Shown here: positions 39,789 through 47,677 of the stretch, piece by piece
How the letters are laid out: every line of letters begins with the position of its first letter
Position numbering within the stretch: position 1 is the first letter of the stretch
The notes under the pieces: generated by a model
The model's database searches: none
The model's input: the letters and a program-made list of their open reading frames with translations, nothing else
What the model was told of the DNA's origin: nothing
Position numbers and translations under genes: made by a program
Virus record (IMG/VR): IMGVR_UViG_3300021400_000128
Location: 32,001-96,000 of that record
Source: a virus
Taxonomy: Duplodnaviria > Caudoviricetes
Direction: 5' to 3' (one strand)
DNA: 64,000 bases

Positions 39789-40622
39789 CTATGCTTTTAT
39801 TCCATATTGGCTTTCTAAAGTTTCAAACATGGCTTCCACATAAGCCTTTGAGTTGTTACTTGCATTATCGCCATTTGAATATACATCCGCGAAAGCTTCC
39901 GCAAATCCTTCCATCACATTTGTTTTCGCATATCGGGATATTCCTGATAATAATGCGTCTTTTGATTTTACATGAGCTTTCTTCTTTGCAAGCTTCCAAA
40001 CATCATTCAGAAATTCGCCAGATAATCTTTTTTTATATAATTTACTTAATTCTAAAAAAGTCAAATTGCCTTCTTGCATCCAATTGAAATAATAATTATG
40101 TATAGCATGACCAAATTCATGAGCGATCGTTGCTTCAGGTGTTGAATTTGGTGTATTGTAAGACGATTCATACAAAACAGGATTATCCTTCATCTCCCAA
40201 AACACAGGATTCAATGTCAATTTTCCGCTTTGGCTCATAGCGGCAATTGCATCATTTCGGATATCAAATTCTTTAATAAATCCTTCCATAAAAGGATAAC
40301 GTGCTTCCAAGTCAGATATAACGCCCATAACACGCTTTGCCATTGACAATTCAGTTCTGTTTATAAAATCATCCGATACTGCTTTATTACCGTACCTTTC
40401 ACGCATGACAGAAGCAAATTCTTCTTTTGTCTGCGTGTCGTTTATCCTATCTTTGAAAGTTTTTTCTGTCGGCGGCTGCTTTGCGGCTAACCGTTTTTGC
40501 CGTTCCGCTTCTCTGGCTTCCTGTCGCCTCCGCTCAAGTTCATCGATCTCGCTCTGCGGAGCTCCGTCTTGTATTGCCCTTGCTATCTTTTTCGCTAATC
40601 TGTAACTTGCCGATCCGCCCAT
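39789..40622 (-). CDS. MGG-leader zinc metallopeptidase (zincin)
   Basis: HEFGHAIH with downstream ISRYA...EGFAEAFAD. Confidence 0.8.
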   Translation of the reverse strand: MGGSASYRLAKKIARAIQDGAPQSEIDELERRRQEAREAERQKRLAAKQPPTEKTFKDRINDTQTKEEFASVMRERYGNKAVSDDFINRTELSMAKRVMGVISDLEARYPFMEGFIKEFDIRNDAIAAMSQSGKLTLNPVFWEMKDNPVLYESSYNTPNSTPEATIAHEFGHAIHNYYFNWMQEGNLTFLELSKLYKKRLSGEFLNDVWKLAKKKAHVKSKDALLSGISRYAKTNVMEGFAEAFADVYSNGDNASNNSKAYVEAMFETLESQYGIKA

Positions 40623-40686
40623 AAGGGTATCCTCCTCTCTGATTTAGATACCCTTTCTTAGAGCGCATATCTTTTCTAATATTTTA
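40623..40686 (-). promoter_or_regulatory. Late-leader element 8, RBS-occluding variant
   Basis: TAAAAT...GCGCTCTAAGAAAGGGTATC...GGAG-GATACCCTT-ATG; the hairpin ends at the start codon and has no U-tract. Confidence 0.7.
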
Positions 40687-40688
40687 AT

Positions 40689-41201
40689 TTATTTTTGATT
40701 GAGATACATCATCATGTTCTGTTGGAGCTTCACATATCTGCTCCGTGCGCTTCCGCTTTGGCATGTCCGGTTCCGTGGAATTGTTCGGTTCGGTTCTTCT
40801 TTGTAATTATCGCGATACAGAGAAAACTGCTCAAAGGTCAGGTCAACCCATTGATCGTTGATCTTGTTGAAATAATGCGTTCCACCACCCTTCAGTGATA
40901 TTCTGTGAATCGATCCACCAAACATATCATTCACTAAGGCAGCGGTGATGGCGCATTGTCCGTAGGTCGGATCGCTTGCTTCCCAATCCTTCTGACAGTC
41001 AGGGTAAGCCGTATTTGCTCTCCAACATTTGCGAAGCACAGCATATAGTTCATTCAGATTTGTGATTCCTGGAAATTGTGGAATTTCCTTGCATTTCAGT
41101 TCGCCGAGTTGTTCACCCTTGTAATGACCTCTGCGATCTTTGGATGTTTCACGAATATACTGCATATCTTCTAATGCTTTTGTTACGTTTGGGTTATTCA
41201 T
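40689..41201 (-). CDS. YunG-like protein
   Basis: GQCAITAALVNDMFGG...THYFNKI...DLTFEQF. True start is MNNPNV after AGGAG; the ORF-track extension lies inside the mini-IS. Confidence 0.75.
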   Translation of the reverse strand: MNNPNVTKALEDMQYIRETSKDRRGHYKGEQLGELKCKEIPQFPGITNLNELYAVLRKCWRANTAYPDCQKDWEASDPTYGQCAITAALVNDMFGGSIHRISLKGGGTHYFNKINDQWVDLTFEQFSLYRDNYKEEPNRTIPRNRTCQSGSARSRYVKLQQNMMMYLNQK

Positions 41202-41214
41202 AATACTCTCCTTT

Positions 41215-41358
41215 TTGACACTCCCCATGCCTAAAGGCAGGGGATTCTCTCTCGATGACGGTAACCCGCCAAGCATAAAAGAGCTATCTCCGTGTGCCCC
41301 ACGGTTAGTTCGTCTTTGACCCCATAGCTAAAGCAAGGGGATTGCAGACGGTTTTTTG
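41215..41358 (-). mobile_element. Non-autonomous IS605/IS1341-type mini-element (PATE-like), 144 bp
   Basis: Left-end hairpin CCCCTTGCTTTAGCTATGGGG; right end GAATCCCCTGCCTTTAGGCATGGGGAGTGTCAA identical to 44725..44903. Confidence 0.75.
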
Positions 41359-41365
41359 TTCAAGT

Positions 41366-41824
41366 TTAATTCCACGGGCTATCCAGTTTACCGCCGGGAG
41401 TCCACTGTTGTCTGATCGGGTTTCGTCTCATCCACGCATCAGCTCGTTTTTGTGCATCTGCGTGAATTTTCGCAAGAGCCTGCAATTTTTTCTGTCCTGC
41501 ATCATCAAATACGCAGGATGAAACATCATCCGGGAAAGTGGTGTGCCAGCTTACCGGGCCATCAGTCCAGATTTTAGCTCCGACAAAATTGCAATTGATA
41601 AGATCAGCACCAAAGAAGCTAACACCCATCAAATCGCATCCCGTAAAATTACAGTCGGTAATTTTTGCATTCACAAAATTACTGTTGCGAATATCAAATT
41701 GACTAAAATCAATACCATTGATATCACTGTCTTTGAAAGATGCCGGGAAATCATCCTGAGACAAACGTGTATCAGTCGTTATAGTTTCTCGCCAGAAATT
41801 TGCTTTGAAGTCTGCCATATTCAC
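41366..41824 (-). CDS. Pentapeptide-repeat protein
   Basis: SFKDS DINGI DFSQF DIRNS NFVNA KITDC NFTGC DLMGV SFFGA DLINC NFVGA. Confidence 0.85.
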   Translation of the reverse strand: MNMADFKANFWRETITTDTRLSQDDFPASFKDSDINGIDFSQFDIRNSNFVNAKITDCNFTGCDLMGVSFFGADLINCNFVGAKIWTDGPVSWHTTFPDDVSSCVFDDAGQKKLQALAKIHADAQKRADAWMRRNPIRQQWTPGGKLDSPWN

Positions 41825-42108
41825 CTCTGAACTTTAGAAACCCGATAGGTATTCATCATAGCGCCAAAATCATCTAACTGCTGCGACGATAAATCAACAC
41901 CGCGAAGGTCAAATGGACAAATATAATCCACTGTGGTAATATCAATTGCCAAAGACGCAAGGCTCAAAGGCAGTACACCGATGACGTGCTTTCCACGAAC
42001 ATCATCAGGCGTTGCTTGAGAAATAACTTTTCCGGTAATTCCACGCATCGCGAGCCAATCAATAAGTCCAGAATGTCTGGTAACAATGATAGTGTTGTTG
42101 TCTGTCAT
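41821..42108 (-). CDS. csx16: Csx16-like protein (candidate ring nuclease)
   Basis: VTRHSGLIDWL...DVRGKHVIGVLPLSLA...RGVDLS...GA signature of Csx16/VVA1548. Confidence 0.7.
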   Translation of the reverse strand: MTDNNTIIVTRHSGLIDWLAMRGITGKVISQATPDDVRGKHVIGVLPLSLASLAIDITTVDYICPFDLRGVDLSSQQLDDFGAMMNTYRVSKVQR

Positions 42109-42128
42109 AGTATTCTTCTTACAGCTTC

Positions 42129-42392
42129 CTAATTAAATTTCACATCAAGTTGTGCAAAATTAGGTATGATACCATATTCGGCGAGAATTTCTTCTGCTTC
42201 ACGAACTATTGTATGCAGTTCGTTAGGATAGGTTTCCCACGCAAAATCAGATGCCGCAATGGCATCATACCAGTGATGCTCCGCTTCGAGAATGCTGTTA
42301 CTGACGTAATTCAGTTCAGCCTGTTCCCAATAAGTGGTCAAACCTTCAGTGCTGTCATTGGTGTTGGTATCGTAATCGAAATTGCCGTTCAT
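42129..42392 (-). CDS. Acidic early hypothetical protein
   Basis: First gene after an early cassette. Confidence 0.65.
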   Translation of the reverse strand: MNGNFDYDTNTNDSTEGLTTYWEQAELNYVSNSILEAEHHWYDAIAASDFAWETYPNELHTIVREAEEILAEYGIIPNFAQLDVKFN

Positions 42393-42397
42393 GATTG

Positions 42398-42494
42398 CCT
42401 CCGTGATTCAAAATTTATTATTTAATCAACTTACATCTATTATTATATGCGTTAATATATATTTGTCAATGTCTTTATTTATTTTTATTACATT
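42398..42494 (-). promoter_or_regulatory. Early promoter cassette 4
   Basis: AATGT-N17-ACATTGACA-N16-TATAAT...ATGTAAGTTGA...TTTGAATCACGGAGG. Confidence 0.85.
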
Positions 42495-42916
42495 TACAAT
42501 TTTTTCGCAATTTCTTCAAGAGACTTCGTAAGTTCATCGTCTTCAACATCTTCAGCCTTATTGATGGAAATGCTCTGATTATCACGCCATCCTAACTGTT
42601 TCAAACTAAAAATTGCCGCTCCGTGCTTAATAGTTCCATACAGCATGCCCTGTTCAAGCAATACTTCTTTCCATCCTAAAAGCTCTTGTGCTTTTTCGCT
42701 CAAGTCTGCATTGTCCCGCTGCAATTGCATAACGTAATCATAATTCCATCCATTTTTCAGGCAGCATTCTTTGAATACAGGGATCCGCAGCGGTTTCCGT
42801 TGTCCGGTTTTTGTATATTGAGAACCGTCCACGTTGCACTCCTGCATGTATTTATCAATTTGGTTAATCATATATGGGATATCATATATTGGTTTTTTTG
42901 GTCTTCCTGCCGGCAT
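42494..42916 (-). CDS. terS: Terminase small subunit
   Basis: MPAGRPKK N-terminus, GAAIFSLKQLGWRD, DDELTKSL ending. Confidence 0.8.
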   Translation of the reverse strand: MPAGRPKKPIYDIPYMINQIDKYMQECNVDGSQYTKTGQRKPLRIPVFKECCLKNGWNYDYVMQLQRDNADLSEKAQELLGWKEVLLEQGMLYGTIKHGAAIFSLKQLGWRDNQSISINKAEDVEDDELTKSLEEIAKKL

Positions 42917-42928
42917 AATATCACCTCT

Positions 42929-42988
42929 TTAAAAAAAATAAGAAAGTGCAATGAATACACTTTCTTAGAGTCTTTTGTTATTATACCA
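42929..42988 (-). promoter_or_regulatory. Late-leader element 9, upstream of terS
   Basis: TGGTATAAT-N6-AGACTCTAAGAAAGTG-tattcattg-CACTTTCTTA, then a T-tract; compensatory changes in the stem. Confidence 0.8.
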
Positions 42989-43040
42989 GTTTTTATTATT
43001 TGTCAATATTAGTATTTGATTATTACTTTGTCAAACAGCT

Positions 43041-43259
43041 CTAAAAACCGCTTGTAGTCTTTTTTTTATTTTTTATGACATAACCAGGATTATGAAACAA
43101 TTCAGGATTACTTAAAAGTTCATTCATTAGTTTGTCAAGCGTCTCATATGCTTCTTTCACATTTTCTGGTGCATCATTATTCAATTTTCCCGTCTCCTCA
43201 TCATAATAAGGCTTAATAATCTTTAACAATGCTTTTGCTGTTTTCATTTTATCTTCCAT
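43041..43259 (-). CDS. Small partner (putative peptidase inhibitor/immunity)
   Basis: PYYDEETGKLNNDAPENVKEAYE; paralogous to 39575..39775. Confidence 0.65.
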   Translation of the reverse strand: MEDKMKTAKALLKIIKPYYDEETGKLNNDAPENVKEAYETLDKLMNELLSNPELFHNPGYVIKNKKKTTSGF

Positions 43260-43261
43260 TT

Positions 43262-44164
43262 TTATCCTCCATATCCTAATCTGTCAATTTCATCTAATAA
43301 TACCTTGACATATGCCTTTGAAACTTCACTGGCATTGTCTTTATTAGTATATATATCTGCAAATGCTTCCGCAAATGCTTCTTTTGTTGGGCTGCCGCCA
43401 TATGACTTCGCATCACTGGCATACCCCGAGATTTCATGTCGGAAAGATGGTAAGGCTTTTTTATATCCTATTGATTTTTTTGCTTCCTTTTCCAGACGTT
43501 GTAAAGTTTTACTTTTTCTGATATCATCCATCATATTATAAGTATCAAAAAAACCTTTTTTCTTTGCATCTTTCAACATTCTGCCTAATAAGTAATTATG
43601 TATCGCATGACCGAATTCATGTGCAACCACAGATTCAGGTGTCATATTTGGGATATCAAATCCTCTTTCAGCTCCTGAAAACAATTTTGGATCATCTACC
43701 TTTGAAAAATGTACGCCTAACCCAAAGGTTTGACGTGTTTCACCAGTAGCCCCACTGAATGTAGATTTAATTTCTGCGGCAGTTGTACCACCAGGATCAA
43801 CGATGTAATGGAATCCATTTATAGCCCCCTGCATAAAGGGATATCTTTCTTCAAGTTCAGAAATGGTATTCAACGCCCGTTTTATCATTTGTAAATCATG
43901 GTTCTCCGTAAAACCCTTTGCAACATTTGTTTCGCCATATTTTTCAATCAACACAGAACGCAGATCTTCTTTTGTCTGCGCATCATTTATTTTATCCCAA
44001 AAAGACTTTTCTTTTGGCTGCTTTGCGGTTAACCGTTTTTGCCGCTCCACTTCTTTCGCTGCCTGTCTCTGCTGTTCAAGTTCATCGATTTCACTTTGAG
44101 GAGCCCCGTTCTGCAATGCTCTTGCTATCTTTTTTGCTAACCTGTAGCTTGCTGATCCACCCAT
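43262..44164 (-). CDS. MGG-leader zinc metallopeptidase (zincin)
   Basis: MGGSASYRLAKK leader; HEFGHAIH; ISGYA...EAFAEAFAD. Confidence 0.8.
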   Translation of the reverse strand: MGGSASYRLAKKIARALQNGAPQSEIDELEQQRQAAKEVERQKRLTAKQPKEKSFWDKINDAQTKEDLRSVLIEKYGETNVAKGFTENHDLQMIKRALNTISELEERYPFMQGAINGFHYIVDPGGTTAAEIKSTFSGATGETRQTFGLGVHFSKVDDPKLFSGAERGFDIPNMTPESVVAHEFGHAIHNYLLGRMLKDAKKKGFFDTYNMMDDIRKSKTLQRLEKEAKKSIGYKKALPSFRHEISGYASDAKSYGGSPTKEAFAEAFADIYTNKDNASEVSKAYVKVLLDEIDRLGYGG

Positions 44165-44176
44165 GTCAACCATCCT

Positions 44177-44237
44177 TTAAAGCAAAAGAAGACTGAACAT
44201 TGATCGCTCAGTCTTCTTAGGAATCTCGCTGATTATA
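44177..44237 (-). promoter_or_regulatory. Late-leader element 10
   Basis: TATAAT-N5-AGATTCCTAAGAAGACTGAGC-gatcaat-GTTCAGTCTTCTT-TTG. Confidence 0.8.
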
Positions 44238-44283
44238 ATTATATCATGAGCGGTGATATATTTTACAGTTTATCTCATCATCC

Positions 44284-44682
44284 TCATCCTAATTCCCAGA
44301 CATCTTCATCTGAGTCTCGGTACTCGAACATATCATCCGTAGGTTGTGTTCTGAGCTCCGGATTTTCTTCGATCTGCTTTATCACACCCCAGGCAAGGTC
44401 ATCCAGAACGTCTTCATAGTCATACCATGCCCGTGACGTATCGAAAAGAGCATTAGCGATATAATTGACCGTCCTGTCACCCATCGCCATCAGATAGCGT
44501 GCAGCGGGATTGCACGTTTCCTTTCCATATTCGATTCCGACACGATCACCATCGTTGTTATAACGATAGATGATCCTGGAAGTAGCACGAACCATCTCCC
44601 CGGCAACGCTTTCCGCTTTTCCCTCGAAAGGAACCAATTCATCAAACAGTTGATTTAATTGATCCTCGTAAATGCTCATCAT
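44284..44682 (-). CDS. Acidic hypothetical phage protein
   Basis: LVPFEGKAESVAGEMVRA..RI.YRY.NDGD. Confidence 0.7.
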   Translation of the reverse strand: MMSIYEDQLNQLFDELVPFEGKAESVAGEMVRATSRIIYRYNNDGDRVGIEYGKETCNPAARYLMAMGDRTVNYIANALFDTSRAWYDYEDVLDDLAWGVIKQIEENPELRTQPTDDMFEYRDSDEDVWELG

Positions 44683-44974
44683 TTTTGACCTTCCTTTACA
44701 ATTTGCTGGCCTCGTTTTATTGCTTTGACACTCCCCATGCCTAAAGGCAGGGGATTCTTAAGAAGGTTGCTAAGATAGCCTTATTCTTAAAGGGCTTGCC
44801 AATAGCCCGCTATCCAGTCTTTCAAAATTGAAATTCTGTTTACATTTCCGTTACCGCCTTATATCCCCATAGTTGAAGCGAGGGGTTTTACGGCTGTTTT
44901 CTGATAAAATCACCGTACCAGTTTGTTTCGAATTGAAAATCAAAATTCTTCAGCATTTGCTGTCGAAGTGTCAT
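44679..44974 (-). pseudogene. 38-aa ORF interrupted by the mini-IS
   Basis: Removing 44725..44903 restores MTLRQQMLKNFDFQFETNWYGDFIAIKRGQQIVKEGQK*, with a GAGGAG RBS. Confidence 0.65.
44725..44903 (-). mobile_element. Non-autonomous IS605/IS1341-type mini-element (PATE-like), 179 bp
   Basis: Inserted 3' of TTTAT without duplication; left-end hairpin CCCCTCGCTTCAACTATGGGG; right end finishes GTGTCAA. Confidence 0.8.
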
Positions 44975-44986
44975 GTCATTCTCCTC

Positions 44987-45154
44987 TCAGCAAACCGCCA
45001 TCATCTGCTGCCAAATGCACATTTTTTCGTTATCATCATAATCGGCAGCGTCCAAATCGTCATATACTTCGATCATGGCGTACTATTTTTCTTCTAAAGT
45101 GCTGATGGTGGACAACTTGTTAAGATAGTTGGCGAAAATTGTGTTTGCGTTCAT
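44987..45154 (-). pseudogene. Early small gene with an in-frame TAG at 45083-45085
   Basis: MNANTIFANYLNKLSTISTLEEK*YAMIEVYDDLDAADYDDNEKMCIWQQMMAVC. Confidence 0.5.
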
Positions 45155-45160
45155 AGGTAA

Positions 45161-45255
45161 CCTCCGTGATTCAAAATTTATTATTTAATCAACTTACATT
45201 TATTATTATATGCGTTATTATATATTTGTCAATGTCTTCTTTTATTTTTATTACA
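45161..45255 (-). promoter_or_regulatory. Early promoter cassette 5
   Basis: TGT-N17-ACATTGACA-N16-TATAAT...ATGTAAGTTGA...TTTGAATCACGGAGG; near-identical to cassette 4. Confidence 0.85.
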
Positions 45256-45295
45256 ATTAATCGTAAAGAAAAAACCGGGATATCCGGTTGTAATA

Positions 45296-46195
45296 TTATT
45301 TTGAATTATCGTATGTTACTTTAAATCCCGCTGATTCGATTTGTTGAATTGTCGCCGCATGTGATGGATTATTTTTCCATGTCTTTGGTACAGAGAAATG
45401 ATCTATATCATTGAGTGTTACATCACCGTGGAATTGTAATTCAGCGTATTGGTATCCATAGCTGCCGGTGTCATATAATTGTTTTGCTTGTTCGTAAAAA
45501 TAACGAGCTTCACCTTCAGTAATTCTATCCGGTTCACCCCATTCTGCACTATATTTTGAAATGATACGGGGATTTGACACCCAACTCGGATATAAAACAT
45601 CATACAACGAATCTCCAAGGGTCATTGTTGTACGGCTCACCATTGTATCTTTTTTGAAGACAATATCCAAATTACCGTAAGATGCAGCAGAAACAGAATC
45701 AGGACTTCCAAGATAGCCGTATTTTTCATAATCAGCGGGAGCTAAGACACCATCATATTCAAATGCTGTTCGCGAAAAATAATCTCTTGCGTCGAGATCT
45801 TCTGCACCCATTGATGTACCCGTCTCGAACTGATTCATAATTCTTCCACTGGATAAAATCTTTGCAACTGTACTTTCTTTTATTCTTCGGCGAAATTCAA
45901 GTTTCTCAACTGCTTTGCGTAAATATTCTTCTCCACGATCGATTAGTTTCTGTGCGTCTACGGGCGAGTTATCCCGTAAGTTCTTTGACTTCTCAATATG
46001 CCCTGTGAAATTCTTTAATAATTTTGGTAATTCTGTATTTACAGGATTATTCTTTTCTCGTAAATATTGCTCATATGCTTCTTTTGCTTGCTGCCGTACA
46101 TAATCTTCATCGAATTCAAAAATTTCATTTTCGTATTCTTTTCTTTTCTTTTCGATAAATCTTTTAACAAATCTGAATTTTGCACTTCCACCCAT
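45296..46195 (-). CDS. MGG-leader protein with a DUF3626-like (putative ART-fold) domain
   Basis: SGRIMNQFETGTSMG...KYGYL...YG...RTTMTLGDS...YAELQFHGDVTLNDI. Confidence 0.65.
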   Translation of the reverse strand: MGGSAKFRFVKRFIEKKRKEYENEIFEFDEDYVRQQAKEAYEQYLREKNNPVNTELPKLLKNFTGHIEKSKNLRDNSPVDAQKLIDRGEEYLRKAVEKLEFRRRIKESTVAKILSSGRIMNQFETGTSMGAEDLDARDYFSRTAFEYDGVLAPADYEKYGYLGSPDSVSAASYGNLDIVFKKDTMVSRTTMTLGDSLYDVLYPSWVSNPRIISKYSAEWGEPDRITEGEARYFYEQAKQLYDTGSYGYQYAELQFHGDVTLNDIDHFSVPKTWKNNPSHAATIQQIESAGFKVTYDNSK

Positions 46196-46206
46196 GTGTT
46201 ACCACC

Positions 46207-46257
46207 TTAAATAAAAAAAGAAGACTAAACTTTTTTAGCTTAGCCTTCTTAGGGTCC
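46207..46257 (-). promoter_or_regulatory. Late-leader element 11 (no clear -10 box)
   Basis: GGACCCTAAGAAGGCTAAGC-taaaaaa-GTTTAGTCTTCTT-TTTTT. Confidence 0.8.
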
Positions 46258-46274
46258 TGTAGCTGATGATTTAC

Positions 46275-46592
46275 TTATTTTCTTATTCTCTGCTCGTAAA
46301 TTTTCTCTTCACGATCAATTAATTTTTTGATATGCGACTTTACTTTATCCGGTACTGGAACATTTTTGTCACGGAGATCCTCTAATCCTTCCGTTTCCCA
46401 TCCATCATCATACACTCTGGCAATGTTAAGGAATGAATCTAAAACTCCACTCTCACCATTTCCGTAATAAGTAGTATGTTTATGTAATTTATCTTTATAA
46501 TCCGGGAATTGTACAAGGTAGAAGTCGGAATATTCTTCATCACCAACTTCTTTCTTTTCACGTCCAATTACTTTCATCTTGATTTCTGCCAT
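46275..46592 (-). CDS. Hypothetical protein (candidate immunity for 45296..46195)
   Basis: Last gene of the early run, directly upstream of leader 11. Confidence 0.55.
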   Translation of the reverse strand: MAEIKMKVIGREKKEVGDEEYSDFYLVQFPDYKDKLHKHTTYYGNGESGVLDSFLNIARVYDDGWETEGLEDLRDKNVPVPDKVKSHIKKLIDREEKIYEQRIRK

Positions 46593-46611
46593 ATTTACCT
46601 CGCTGATTTAA

Positions 46612-46989
46612 TTATACATCATCTGATTTACGATGGTTTGATAATTCTGTGGAAAAACCTTCTGGATATCGAGCTTTGAGCTTATCCACATTCATTTGCA
46701 TGATTTCGTCAAGCTTCCACCCAAAAGAATGTGCAATCATGGCACAATACCAAAGTGTGTCTCCAAGCTCTTTTTTTGCGTGTTCTCTGTCAAGTTTCGC
46801 GCTATGGAATATCCACTTTTTTATCATGTCATTGAGCTCTCCTACTTCACCGGAAAGACCAAGGCAGCCATTCAGAATACCACCAACGTCCAAAGTCGTG
46901 TCATTACAGTCCATTCAGAAGTTTAACCGTTCTGTAGCCTTGCCATCGTTAGTTCTCATTGCTAATTCTTGATATTCGTTTCCAGTCAT
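46612..46989 (-). pseudogene. mazG: MazG-like NTP pyrophosphohydrolase with an in-frame TGA at 46915-46917
   Basis: MTGNEYQELAMRT...LNF*MDC...LGLSGEVGE...KELGD..WY...NVDKLKARYPEGF; the RBS AGGAG precedes 46989. Confidence 0.75.
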
Positions 46990-46999
46990 ACATCTCTCC

Positions 47000-47674
47000 T
47001 CACATATGAATATTAACACAAGTCAAATAATAATCACCTGGAATGCTGTCAAGTATTTTGTTGTATTCATCATTCCATTGTGTATTAAATTTTCCTTCTT
47101 GTTCGATCCATTCTCCATCTGGTTTCAATACCGCCCACGGAGTCCATGTAAAAAGAAATTCTGCAAACGTCCGCTTTTCTGGTGACCAATTAGGATTCGA
47201 GGAGCAATCAAGAACATGCTGCACCCATCTGCGCCAAATCAAAGGGAACTGTTTTCTCAGCTTTTCTTCTGGTGCCGCAAGGTCAATTCGTGGAACATCT
47301 TTGATCTGAATATAATTGTTGGGCTGTTCGTACAGGCCACAACCTTCTTTAATTATGTAATAGTCCCATTTCGCATCGGGATTATTTGCAGAAATAGCAT
47401 TACCTTCTTTATCGATATCTTCATACAATTCCATTTTTAAACTGTAATAGCGAATCGTGCCGATATCATCTTTATCCAGTGCTTCAAAAAGCTCTCTTTT
47501 TCCTTGTTCCGATAATAAATCTGAATATTTTCTTAATCGTTTTTTTACCTCTGGATATTCAGCGCAAATATATGGATCCACTTCTAAATCCTGATCGAAT
47601 GGTTCCATGCACTCTGCTATCATCTTCAGGGTTGGTTTTTTCTCTGTGATAACCGCAACTTCTAAATGTCCCAT
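47000..47674 (-). CDS. Hypothetical phage protein
   Basis: MGH..VAVI...NPDAKWDYY...AVLKPDGEW...VNIH. Confidence 0.7.
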   Translation of the reverse strand: MGHLEVAVITEKKPTLKMIAECMEPFDQDLEVDPYICAEYPEVKKRLRKYSDLLSEQGKRELFEALDKDDIGTIRYYSLKMELYEDIDKEGNAISANNPDAKWDYYIIKEGCGLYEQPNNYIQIKDVPRIDLAAPEEKLRKQFPLIWRRWVQHVLDCSSNPNWSPEKRTFAEFLFTWTPWAVLKPDGEWIEQEGKFNTQWNDEYNKILDSIPGDYYLTCVNIHM

Positions 47675-47677
47675 CTC

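Noticed and set aside
41202-41276. N-terminal extension MLGGLPSSRENPLPLG of ORF 40689..41276 as another MGG leader
   Set aside because: It is read from the mini-IS right end. The real start with an RBS is at 41201.
44987-46989. Stop-codon reassignment (alternative genetic code)
   Set aside because: Only isolated in-frame stops of two types occur, long genes are uninterrupted, and TGA and TAG end normal genes (e.g. ATGA overlaps).
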